64,000 nt of DNA, from NCBI RefSeq assembly GCF_004010195.1, contig NC_057728.1, forward strand, positions 47,774,166 through 47,838,165. Direction: 5' to 3'. Made by a program: the position numbers and the translations under genes. Shown in pieces: positions 37,553 through 49,443 of this stretch (positions within the stretch are counted from its first letter, which is position 1; the number at the start of each line of letters is the position of its first letter). This DNA comes from Chiloscyllium plagiosum. Its lineage: Eukaryota. The notes beneath the pieces are model-generated. The model was not told where the DNA came from. It did not search any database and saw only the letters and a list, made by a program, of their open reading frames with translations.

Positions 37553-37908
37553 TCCCAGAACTATTCACTTGCTTTCTTGGTGCTCACACACTTAACACCT
37601 ACCTGAATGCTCACAGCAGTCCGACATCACTTTGTCCTTTTGCATCTAAACCCCTGAGAAGCTATACTTCTGTCCTGACTTGCTGTTTAGCAGAGATCCA
37701 GATCCAGGCAGCTTGTCAGGAGACATCAGTTCAGAGGATGGCCACGTTGTACAATGGCATCTTGCTATGTCAATACCATTCCTATAGCTTGTGCCAACTG
37801 CCCATATGGCTAAACACACTGCACGTGCTTTGACTGAATGTCTATGTCTGAAAGTCAAAGGGCAGTAGTCCTCAGCTGAGTCAAGTGGAGGACTGTTATC
37901 AGTTGGGA

Positions 37909-37950
37909 GTGTATGTGTGTGTGTGTGTGTGTGGGGGGGGGAGGGGGGGG
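37909..37950. repeat. (GT)n microsatellite plus G-runs
   Basis: Seen directly in the sequence. Confidence 0.9.
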
Positions 37951-37999
37951 AGCGAGAGGTCCTGCTACGGTTAATCAATGGCAACGTTCACATACAGTC

Positions 38000-38095
38000 A
38001 AGATTAGTGTGGTGCTGGAAAAGCAGAGCAGGTCAGGCAGCATCCAAGGAGCAAGAAAAATCAACGTTTTGGGCAAAAGTCCTTCATCAGGAAAT
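38000..38095 (-). mobile_element. PLE terminal arm with a hammerhead-like motif
   Basis: GCTGGAAAAGCAGAGCAGGTCAGGCAGCATCC...AACGTTTTGGGCAAAAGTCCTTCATCAGG. Confidence 0.75.
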
Positions 38096-38689
38096 GTTTA
38101 TATACAGTCCAGGGGTTTGGACATGGTCAGTCGTCTGCTTGGGGCAGTCAGTGTCATGGGGTCTGAGGGAGTGGATACTTGATATATACATGGGAAGAGC
38201 TTTTAGTCTTTGGGAAGACATGTAATGCCTGGTGTGGAGGTGGGGAGGAGGTGAGGGGGGATGTTAGCTGGTCACCTCCACTGTGGTCCAGGCTGATGGC
38301 AGGCACCCACCAAACAGTAGTGACAGGACACAGGGGGTCATCTTATGGAAGAGAGTGGAGTCTCAGTTTGAAGTGGTGGATGGGTATATGTCAATCAAGG
38401 TGGATTGTCCAGGGAATGCCAGGTAGAAAGGGACATGGAGACCCATGGTGGAGAATACTGATTATCAGGCTCAGCCTGGCATTCAGTGCTCAACCTGGTC
38501 TATGCTACTTTCCAGGATGTGCGATTGCTAATAGCGACCTGCATAGCTGGATCAATCCTGGAGTGGGTGCAGTCAAAGTCCTCAATGTCATTTGTTCTGG
38601 ATGGACAAGATGCAGTATTGGCACACACAGAATGTGTGGCTCACTGTGGCTGAACTATACCAGCTGATGGCATGGGAGTTGGTGGTTGA

Positions 38690-39040
38690 TAGAATCCATA
38701 CAGTGTGGAAGTAGGTCATTCGGCCCATTAGGTCCACACTGATCCTCCGAAGAGCATCCCAGCCAGGCACAGACCATACCCTCAACCTTATCTCCATAAC
38801 CCTGCATTTCTCATGGCCAATCCATGTCATCTGCATATCCTTGGACACTACGGGGCAGTTTAGCATAACCAATCCGCCTAAACTGCACATCTTTGGACTG
38901 TGGAAGGAAACCGGAGCAGCCAGAGAAAACCCACGCAGATACGGGGAGAATGTGCAAACTCCACACAGGCAATCGCCCAAGGTTGGAATCGAACCCAGGT
39001 CTCTGGCTCTGTGAGGCAGCAATGTTAACCACTGACAGCA
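38690..39040 (-). mobile_element. HE1-type V-SINE
   Basis: GGAATCGAACCC (B box, reverse strand), V core and tail. Confidence 0.9.
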
Positions 39041-39923
39041 GCGTTGACTGTACAAAACTTGCTGCTTGACTTGCAAACTTAATTTGTATTTCAACAGAGA
39101 GAAATATCTTCTCTTTGTTTGATTTCTGCTCACTTTTGAGTCATAAATAAAAGAGAGGCATAATAGGTAGTTAATGTAGTGAGTTTGGGATGATAGTGTG
39201 GGAAAGCTCATCACAAAACACAACAAAAATAACATTTTGAACTAATCTTAGCATATTTTATCAAAGTATTAGCTATTGATTGTTACGAGTTGCTATATGG
39301 AGAGACGCATTAAGTAACTGTTAGGTAGAATATTACACACAGAGGTAACATACGAGTCTCAAATTTGCTAAGAATCTGTCACTTGTAGGTAAGGTTTCAA
39401 CTTAAAAACCTGGGTCCAATATAGTTTAAAGATTTGAGATGCACCCAATTTTCCATGTTGTGATTTAATATTCTATGATTAAAAATTATGTTAAAAGAAT
39501 GCACAAGCTCTTTTAAATATATGATGTTTGCAAATCTGCTCCTACTTGTGTCTTACGTAAAACAGCATGGTCTTTAATGGAAAACTGCCCTTGTTTGCTT
39601 TCAGGTGTCTCTTAGTAAGGTTACTGTTGCTTCATTGACAGTTGCCAGTCTTGCCTGAAGTCACTGCTTTTAAGATTGTGCAGGGAGCATTGTGCTTTAT
39701 ATAATTGGACTCTACATTTTGTCTTTTTGGTGAAATTCTCAGTTTAAAACATGCCTCCCTGGAGTCTTGGCAATTTCTGCTCTGGTACTGGTTAGACAAA
39801 GAGCTGTAAAAGGTGATTGCAAGATTAAACTTCTATCCAAATTGACTGGTCCAGATTACTGTATGTAAATATCTATCAGATAAACCAAGCTAAGATCAGG
39901 GGAAATGGGAGCAAAAATAGACC

Positions 39924-40570
39924 AGGAGACAATGAGGTCTGCAGATGCTCGAGATCAGAGTTGAGAGTGTGTTGCCGGAAAAGCACAGCAGGTCAGGCAG
40001 CATCCGAGGAGCAGGAAAATTGATCTTTCGGGCCAGAGCCCTTCATCAGGAATGAGGCTGGGAGTCTCAGGGGGGCTGGGGAGAAGGTAGCTAAGAGTGC
40101 AATAGGTGGATGGAGGTGGGGGTAAAGTGATAGGTCGGAGACGAGGGTGGAGCAGATAGGTGGGAAGGAAGATTGACAGGAGGGACAGGTCATGAGGGCG
40201 GTGCTGAGCTGGAAGGTTGCAACTGGAGTAAGGTGGGAGGAGGGGAAATGCGGAAACTGGTGAAGTCCACATTGATGCCCTGAAGGGTTCTGAGGCGAAA
40301 GATAAGGCATTCTTTCCCCAGGTGTCAGGTGGTGAGGGAGTAGCAATGGAGGCGGCCCAGGATCTGCATGTCCTCAGCAGAGTGGGAGGGGGAGTGGAAA
40401 TGTTCAGCCATGGGCGGTTGAGATGGTTGGTGTGGATGCCCTGGAGATGTTCTCTAAAACGCTCTGCATGAAGGCATCCAGTCTCCTCAATGTAGAGGAG
40501 ATCGCATCGGGAGCAACAAATACAATAAATGACGTGTGGAAGTGCAGGGGAAACTTTGATGGATGTGGAA
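39924..40570 (-). mobile_element. PLE 3' end (GIY-YIG C-terminus, 3' UTR and pLTR)
   Basis: Minus strand VIYCICCSRC..LYIEETG..F.EHL...HFHSPSHS...FRLRTLQGINVDF. Terminus matches the hairpin arm and tail. Confidence 0.9.
40017..40053 (-). ncRNA. Minimal hammerhead ribozyme motif (PLE-associated)
   Basis: Minus strand AUUC CUGAUGA A GGGC UCUG GCCC GAAA GA UC AAUUU. The core is intact and stem II is a perfect 4 bp, but stem I is weak. Confidence 0.6.
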
Positions 40571-40739
40571 TAGACCAGTCAGCTGCTCAGGCCTGCACTG
40601 CTATTAAGCAAGATCATGGCCAGTTCCACTTTCTTGCTTTATTTCTAGTTCTCTTCTTTCAATTTTTACCAACAGTTTTATTGATCCAGACTTTGAAAAA
40701 CTGAAGATTCTTGGACAAAGAGTTTCCCTGTTTCACAAT

Positions 40740-41335
40740 ACCAATTGAAGAAAATTCTCATTTCAGACCTAACTTATCCTGAGACTAGGAGTTCTAGTTC
40801 TAGCCTCTCCTGCCGACAGGAAATAGCTTCTCAGCATCTGTGAGAGTTGCTCACAGTTTTCTCAGAACTTTGCATATTTCAAGAGATTACCTCTCATTCT
40901 TCTAAACTCCAGAGTTTGTGAACAAAATCCACTCAATCTACCCTCACAGGACATCCTTCCCATTCCAGAAATCAATCTACTGAATCATGTTTGCACCCCA
41001 TCTAAGGAAAGTAGATGAAAACCAAAGCTGTATTTGTTGCTCCAAAGACTGTTTTACCAAAGCTCTATATAATTGCTGCAGGAACTTGTTTACTTTTATA
41101 CTGCAATTCTCTTGCAATGCAACTAGAAGGCAATTGTTTTCCGAGATGTTTTGATGGATCTGTATGTCAACTGCCTGGTGATTTGTGTACTCCACAGAGG
41201 GCTAAGACCCACAAATATTTTTATATCCCAATAATTACTCGTCACTATCTTTTTGTAAAATACTTTGTGACTCCATTCTTCCTACCAAAATCATTCCCCC
41301 CAAATTATTACTCCATTTGTCACCTTTTGGTCAAG
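40740..41335 (-). mobile_element. Old CR1 3' fragment
   Basis: QLYRALVKQSLEQQIQLWFSS and CTCTCATTCTTCTAAACTCCAGAG (reverse of LEFRRMRG). Confidence 0.7.
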
Positions 41336-41417
41336 AATTGATTGGTCTATGTGCCTTTGCAGATTGTTTCTGTTTAATACATGTAACTGATGTTTTATAG
41401 AAACTGAAATAACTCCG

Positions 41418-41615
41418 TGATGACCAATATCCTATCACTAAGTCACCCTTTATTCACGCCTATGTAGTCCATGATGCTGATCCAGCTAGCTCCGAAGTAG
41501 TTCCTAGAGTGAACAGAAACCCTGACACTCCTGTTTGTCAGCCAGGTTAACAGCCCCAATCAGGGAACTCATATTCTATGATGTCAATTTGGCTGATCCC
41601 ATTCCAATCACTACA
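41418..41615 (-). mobile_element. Possible short solo LTR
   Basis: The minus strand starts TGTAGTGATTGG, ends ...TCATCA and contains AATAAAG near its 3' end. No TSD verified. Confidence 0.35.
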
Positions 41616-42415
41616 GAAACCGTTTCTCTTTTCCATTGGAAAGGAGACATGAACTGGAGTAGGACTTTTGCCATCTGACATCATTCAAAAGTAAGAGACT
41701 CCTATGACTTTTCAAAGCCTGGTCTTGTTTAAATCAGGACATCAAATGGATTAGAGTCACGTGGAGAGCAAATTGGTTAGAGGTGGCAGGATGGCTAAAT
41801 GATGTCCATGAGTGAACCAGTGGGTTTTAATGGTATCCTGATAGATCATGTGGTCCTGGTTATCTAGCTTTACCAGGTTATGCATAAATGCAATAATCCT
41901 GATTTAAACTCAGACTTTTCTGCCACCTAACACAAGCGTGCTTAAATACAATGACTTTCTGAACGCAAATTAGAAATATCTGGCCACAGAAGGTCTGTAA
42001 CCATTGTGCAGACAAACCTTCACAGAGGAATGGGGCTTCCTGAGAGACCATATGGTCATGTGTTACATTGATTGCCACAACCAAGCGTAAATCCATGGTG
42101 ATTATACTTCTTTGCAGGGTAGAATTGTTACTTTCATGTTACTGTTAGAACATACTGCATGAAATGTAACCACTATCATCGATAAGCATAGTTACTTTGA
42201 ATGGTTTCAGAATTTGGGAAAAGGAGATAAAGAGCTAATTCCCCAGAATTCCAATACAAGTGACAATGGAGGGATTCGAAATCGCATCACTGGGTTGTAC
42301 GTCCAGTGCAGGAGAGAAACATTTCTATAAAGAGAACACTTTTTTCTGGCCAAAGAACAGGCAAGTCAGTGAAGGAGATTATACTTTGGCACTTCTGCCG
42401 ATGGTAAATTCGGTT

Positions 42416-43810
42416 ATAGACAATAGACAATAGACAATAGGTGCAGGAGTAGGCCATTCAGCCCTTCGAGCCTGCACCGCCATTCAATATAACCATGGCT
42501 GATCATTCCTAATCAGTATCCTGTTCCTGCCTTATCTCCATAACCCCTGATTCCACTATCCTTGAGAGCTCTATCCAACTCTTTCTTAAATGAATCCAGA
42601 GACTGGGCCTCCACTGCTCTCTGGGGCAGAGCATTCCACACAGCCACCACTCTCTGGGTGAAGAAGTTTCTCCTCATCTCTGTCCTAAATGGTCTACCCC
42701 GTATTTTTAAGCTGTGTCCTCTGGTTCGGCACTCACCCATCAGCGGAAACATGTTTCCTGCCGCCAGAGTGTCCAATCCTTTAATAATCTTATACATCTC
42801 AATCAGATCCCCTCTCAATCTTCGAAACTCAAGGGTATACAAGCCCAGTCGCCCCAGTCTTTCAGNNNNNNNNNNNNNNNNNNNNNNNNNNNNNNNNNNN
42901 NNNNNNNNNNNNNNNNNNNNNNNNNNNNNNNNNNNNNNNNNNNNNNNNNNNNNNNNNNNNNNNNNNNNNNNNNNNNNNNNNNNNNNNNNNNNNNNNNNNN
43001 NNNNNNNNNNNNNNNNNNNNNNNNNNNNNNNNNNNNNNNNNNNNNNNNNNNNNNNNNNNNNNNNNNNNNNNNNNNNNNNNNNNNNNNNNNNNNNNNNNNN
43101 NNNNNNNNNNNNNNNNNNNNNNNNNNNNNNNNNNNNNNNNNNNNNNNNNNNNNNNNNNNNNNNNNNNNNNNNNNNNNNNNNNNNNNNNNNNNNNNNNNNN
43201 NNNNNNNNNNNNNNNNNNNNNNNNNNNNNNNNNNNNNNNNNNNNNNNNNNNNNNNNNNNNNNNNNNNNNNNNNNNNNNNNNNNNNNNNNNNNNNNNNNNN
43301 NNNNNNNNNNNNNNNNNNNNNNNNNNNNNNNNNNNNNNNNNNNNNNNNNNNNNNNNNNNNNNNNNNNNNNNNNNNNNNNNNNNNNNNNNNNNNNNNNNNN
43401 NNNNNNNNNNNNNNNNNNNNNNNNNNNNNNNNNNNNNNNNNNNNNNNNNNNNNNNNNNNNNNNNNNNNNNNNNNNNNNNNNNCTACTATGCAGATGTGCA
43501 GTAATTTCATCCTTTATAATAGACTCCAGCATCTTTCCCACCACTGAGGTCAGACTAACTGGTCTATAATTTCCTGCTTTCTCTCGCCCACCTTTCTTAA
43601 AAATTGGTATAACATTAGCCACCCTCCAATCCTCAGGAACCGACCCCGAATCTATTCAACTCTGGAAAATAATCACCAATGCATCCACGATTTTCCAAGC
43701 AACCTCCTTCAGTACCCTGGGATGCAGACCATCAGGCCCCGGAGACTTATCAACCTTCAGACCTAACAGTCTCTCCAACACCAAATCCTGGCAAATATAA
43801 ATTCCCTTAT
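42416..43810 (-). mobile_element. Young CR1 LINE 3' portion spanning an assembly gap
   Basis: Uninterrupted motifs KSPGPDGLHPRVLKE, ANVIPIFKKGGREKAGNYRPVSLTSVVGK, ERLGRLGLYTLEFRRLRGDLIE, RTRGHSLK, FFTQRVV. (TAGACAA)n tandem 3' tail. Confidence 0.92.
42866..43482. other. Assembly gap (617 N)
   Basis: Run of N. Confidence 1.
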
Positions 43811-45454
43811 GTTCAGGTCCAAACTTATGACAGATTCTGGAGTCTCCTCCAACACGCATCTTCATTTTCAGTATGGCTATCCCCTGTAAAAAAAACCTCC
43901 AAGGTGATGGTGGCAGTTTTGTCTATATTTCTCCTTGTAGCCATTTCTGTCAGGAAGTATAATATTCTTGCCAACTCAACCAAAAATAGATTTTCCTCTA
44001 ATGGCTAACAGCAACATTTTAAAATTGTTGCCTTTTACAACTAGGGACTAATATTGCATCAAGTTTGGCACCCTCTGCACATATTAGAGGCCATCCTGCT
44101 GTTGGAGTGTGGTTTCCTCTGGATAAATGCAAAGCGACAATTGAATCAAAGCTGCATTTCACTTCCTTTAAAGAGGTGATAATTGACACTGTGCACAATC
44201 AATTTTTGTGGTGCAATTGACTCTATATTGTAAAGACCTTACTGCCAGGCAAAATGTCTGCCCATTTCAGATATTAGGCTCTTTTTGGCATGAAAATCTG
44301 CCTTTTAAAGTTGGAACAGATTAGTGTGTGTACTGTGCAGTTCTGATCATTTCCAAGTGCAATCGAAATGAAGAGGCCAAGAGAAAGGAAGTTTGGAAAT
44401 ATTTTTGTGTATGACTTCTTCAAGGCCACGTAAGAATAATTTGGGATCCCCTCTGAGATTGTGAAGCTGCATGCAACCTCAAATTTACCTTCTTGGTGAT
44501 GAGGATCTACACTGGCAGGCCGCAATCCAGCCAGTTTCATTTCATCAAAATGCCTGCTTTAAAGCCCCCAGATCACCAGACTGATGCAAATGAGGATGAA
44601 CCCTCAAAACCTTGGTCACATTTTACCTCCAAAAGGTAGATGGCCAGCTCGTCTATTCTATTAACAATCAAAATCAGCTCCAGATAATTTTGCCAAAAGG
44701 GTGATAACCTAAACAAAAAACAATATCCATGCATCCATTTGCTGTTTGTGAACACAATTATTTACAGAACTTAATATAAAATTGTTATCACTAAGTTTAT
44801 CATGTGATTTTTACAATTTTAATGTTCTTGTTTCACTTTACCTGTTTGAATTATTATGGTATAAGTAAGACATCTGCTTGATTATTATACTTTTCCTACC
44901 CATATATTAGCAACATGTGGAATACTCTGCAATGATATCTCTCATCCAACATTTACTGCCTAATCCAATTTCTCTTCTATTTGTATATGCTCTTTTCTGT
45001 CCACTTAACAGAAGATAGTAATACAAGTATGCCAATAAGCTTCCATCAGAGACCGTGACAGCTCTAAGGTGCATGTAAAATGGATAATGGAACCCATATG
45101 AGGATCAAGTGCACAGAACCACAAGCATAAAAATATTAAAAATACATCTCAAATAGAGTAGCATTTGCCAAAAAAATTCCTGGGCAACAAATGCAAATAA
45201 GACTAATATGCTCAAGGGCAGGAAAAAGAATATAAAACATGGCAAATATGGCTGAAGCAGAGATACCTTTCCATTAAAAAACATGTTTAAATGCATATTA
45301 AAAACATCTTGCTGGTTTTCTGTCAGATTTTATAAGCTAATTTGTTTATCTTGATGCCTTTCTCAAAGATACAGATGCTCCCCCCCACCGCCATATTTAT
45401 TGTAAAATGATGATCATTAGCATAACATGCATAAGTCAAGGTAAATTGGCTAGA

Positions 45455-45600
45455 CCATAGGGCTGCTCTCTCATTAAGAGACAACTAGTGGTGAGCTTAA
45501 CCTGTAGGTCACCACACCTCAGGCACAGGGAGAGAATGTGAACTAAAGTCCTTCATGGTACTCTCAGCCCAGTGTAGGACCAACCAGACATCCAGCCAAA
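45455..45600 (-). mobile_element. SINE fragment, same family as 14020-14176
   Basis: Shares TTAACCT...GGTCA...CCTCAGG...ATCCAGCCAA. Confidence 0.55.
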
Positions 45601-46104
45601 AGATCAAATCAACATCTTGCCACATGCATCATAAATCTCAGTAAACTAAAAGAAAAGGAATGTCAAGATGAAACTGCCTTTCTAACTAACAGTGGATGTT
45701 ATAATTTAAACTACACAGGGGTGACAAGCAAATCCGACCCAAAAAGTGTCCCCACCTCCCACAAAAATTCATTCACGAGGGCAAACTCTGAGACAAAAGC
45801 TCCCCTGTAAGCTGAATGAAATGCTGTGAAGCCGCTCCTCCAATCGCAGTCTGGATCTCTCCCATACTTACTGCTGATAGGCAATTGAGTCAATAACAAA
45901 CCCAGGTTGAGGACCAGGCTTGAATTGGAAGAGCAATGAACTGCGAGCTGCAAGGCAAGTCAATGCAGGTGGTGAGGGAGTCATTATGGGAACATCTTTC
46001 ACTGGGGACCAAGAGCCAGCAAGTGTGTGAGAAAGCCAAATGCACACCTTAACATCATTGGCTGGAAGGTGGGGACTTTAGCTGAGGCAGGAAGGGCCTT
46101 TTGT

Positions 46105-48240
46105 GTTTTTTATATTCACTTGAGGGCCATGGGCACTGCTGGATGGACCAGCATTTATTGCCCATCCCCAGTTGCCTTTGAGAAGGTGATGGTGAGCTGC
46201 CTTCTTGAACCATTACAATCCATTTGCAGCAGGCAGACCCACAATGTTGTTATGGGGTGAATCCCAGGATTTTGGCCCAGTGACAGTAAAGAAATGGCGA
46301 TTTATTTACAATTCAGGATGGAGTGTGGCTTGGAAGCAACTTGTAGATGGTGGTGTTCTATGTGCCTATTGTCCTCGTTCTACATCACAGCCATTGTGTG
46401 TTTGGAATGTGCTGTATAAGGACCTTTGGTGAATTTCTGCAGCTCATGTTGTCGATAGTACACAGCACTGCTACTGAGTATTGGTGGTGGAGGTCGTGGA
46501 TGTTTGTGGATGTGGTGCCAATCAAGAGAGCTGCCTTGGCCTGAATGATATCACAATTTTTGAGTGTTGTTGGAGCTGCACTCAAGTAGGCAAGGGGGGG
46601 GAAGTGTTCCATTACACTCCTGACTCATGCTTTGTAGATGGTGGACAGGCTTTGGGAGTCAGGAGGTGAGTCACTCACCACAATATTCCTAGCCTCTGAC
46701 CTGCTTTTACAGCCACTGAGTTTATCTGATGAGTCCAGCTGAGTTTCTGGTTGATGGTAACCCCTCCACGATATAAGGTGACTCAGTGATGGTAACAGCG
46801 TTGAATGTCATAGGCAGCGGTTATTCACTCTCTTATTGGAGATGGTAATTGTCTGGCATTTGTGTGGTACGAATGTTACTTGGTTAGCATCCCAAATGCT
46901 TACCTATTTGAACAACATGCTTCCCCCCCATCATCCAGACAGCCCTCCACTGCATCTCCATTCCCTGAACTGCCCCACTCTAAATGCAATAAAGACATGG
47001 TCCCCCTCACCTACCACCCCACCAGTCTCCGCATCCAATGTATCATACTTAAATACCTCTGCCAACTCCAATTAGATCCCACCAAGTACGTCTTGCCCTC
47101 CCCAACTCTCTCCACCTTCCACAAGGACCGCTCCCTTCGCCAATTCTTGGTTCATGTCACTCTTCCCACCAACTTCTCTGAACCCCCAGGTACCTTCCTC
47201 TGCAACAGAAAAGATGCAAAACTTGCTGGTACACCATCCCCTCACCTCCAGAGTTAACCCGCCTCTTCTCCAACCTAGTTAACTGTATCTGGTACTCCTG
47301 CTGTGGTCTCCCTCTCATGGCACGTTTTGCCAAGCATTTCAGCAGGAGCCGACCCGACCTCCCAGTTGCTGCCCATTTTAATTCCACTTCCCACACCCTT
47401 TCTGACATGACCATCCTCGGCCTCCTCCACTGCCACAGCAAATTCAACCGCAAATTGGAGGAACAATATCTTATTTTCTGCCTGGGCGGCCTACAGCCCA
47501 GAAGACTCAACATTGAGTTATCCAATTTCAAATAACCTCTCTTACCATCCCCAACTCCCTTCCAAGCCCCTCCCCTCCCTTCAAATCCTTTCATCAATCC
47601 TTCCTTACAGCTACTAACCTGCTCCTTACAGACTTATTCCTCCCATCAACCAACCAGATCGTACCCTTTACCTGTGTTCACCCTACCTTAACACCTTGCA
47701 TTCTTCACCCTCCCCCCCACCCCACCCCCAACCTTACACCCCCCCCCAGTCCTGAAGATGGTTACATCTGGAATGTTGACTTCTCCACTGCTGCTGCATG
47801 GCTTGCTCTGATCTGCTTGTCTACAGATGTTACTTACCAAACTCTACCCAATCCTGGATATTGTCCTGATCCTGTTGCATTTGAACATGGACTGCTTCTC
47901 TAGCTGAGGGATCATGAATGATGCTGAACATTGTACAATCTTGAGCAAACTTCCCCACTGATGACTTTATGAAGGACAGAAGGTCATTGATAAAGCAGCT
48001 GAGATAGTTGGGCCTAGGACTCTACCCTTAGGAGATTCTACAGAGATATCCTGGAGCTAAAATGACTGTCCTCCAACAACCATAACCACATTCATGTCTG
48101 TGAGGCATGACTCTAAACAGCAAAGAGTTTGTCCCCTGATTCCTATTGATTCCATTTTTGCTAGGGCTCCTTGATGCCACACACAGTCAAACATGGCAGT
48201 GATGTCAAGGCTGTTGTTATCACATCAGGAGTTCAGTTCA
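46105..48240 (-). mobile_element. 5'-truncated copy of the 16.3-19.5 kb LINE family, interrupted by a PLE
   Basis: Colinear with 16320-17440 (AAPTTLK, GGTGAATTTCTGCAG, GGATATTGTCC, AAGGTCATTGAT, GGGCTCCTTGATGC). Confidence 0.85.
46882..47826 (+). mobile_element. PLE 3' fragment nested in a LINE
   Basis: PLTYHPTSLRIQCII...PPGTFLCNR, RFAKHF...PVAAHFNSTSH...RKLEEQYLIFCLGGLQP. ATGTTACTT occurs on both flanks. Confidence 0.88.
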
Positions 48241-49443
48241 CATTACCCAATGGTGACAGGAGGTGGTTGCAAGATTGTTTGTGAATGGAGAAGAAACTGT
48301 TGAGGGTGGAGGCTTAGGAGGGAGTGGTGGGGAAATAGATGCTGTAAGAAAGGTGGAGTGGGATAAGGGGCTGCAAGAGGGGTATGGGGGCAAAGTTACA
48401 AAGCAGAGAGAACAGTTTTTAACCTGTCAACAAAGAAATACTCAGCTAACTATGATCTAAGAAAATTTCAAATCATTGAGATAATGAGTTCCTTCCAAAT
48501 GCACAGTGTGGGGCTGCATACATTCAGGAGCTAATATGCTTGGAAAGATTTAATGGATCCTAATGTAATGGACACAGTCAATTCTGAAATTTATTCTAAG
48601 ATTGTAGTCAGACAAATAGTAAATAAGGTTGTTACTGTCTGGTTAAGATCTTCCAACTTTGTGCACATGCAATGAAAACTCACACAGCTGTAACCTCACC
48701 AGTTTGCTGGGGGTCTGTTTAGAGTAATCACTTTTCTCATGTACAAGTGTGTGTCAGTTATGTTGAAAAATATATTGTTAACTTATGCCTGTTATCTTGT
48801 AAACAGCATTGCATTTAAATTAGAACAAAATTAATACTTTCCTTATGGGTTGTGGTTCAAGAATTTGAGACTTGATAATTATTGAGAATATTACTGAACT
48901 ACAGTATTCTAATTCTGTTTGTGTGCGGTTTCAAATACCTTGTATTGTTATTAGATGGCTGCTTCACACCGGTTAAATTTGATGGTGAGAATGAAAATCA
49001 AAAAAAATCAAAAAGTAGCCCTTGAGAAAAAAACTTTTTAAAAAGACCCCCGGAAAGGGTTTATTCTTAAAATTGCAGCAAATTGTTATGATCTGAAATA
49101 CACTTTCTAAAAGGGAGGTGGAAACAGAAGTTACATTCATACAAAAATTGGATGGGTACTTGAAAGGAATATACTAACTAGGCCATGGGGAAAGAACAGG
49201 TAGAATGGTATTAATTTGATAGCTTTACCAAAAGGCATGCATAGGCATGATAGGCCAAATGGTGTCCTTCCTAGGGTAATATTTTATGGTTCCTGCAAGC
49301 TCCTAAGAGAAGCATATACTGTTGGGTGTGATCCTTGTTGTAAATAATTCACTGTTAAAGCTTTGTATTACTCAAATATTAAAATATTTGGGTTGTAGAA
49401 TTCACAGCCAAAATGTCCTACTTGACACAATTTCTAATCTATG

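Noticed and set aside
38179..39235. ORFs of 162 and 215 aa
   Set aside because: There is no recognisable domain, and the longer one is largely translated V-SINE sequence.
42513..43622. Long ORFs of 231-369 aa in several frames
   Set aside because: They are artefacts of translating through the N gap. The real residues are CR1 ORF2.
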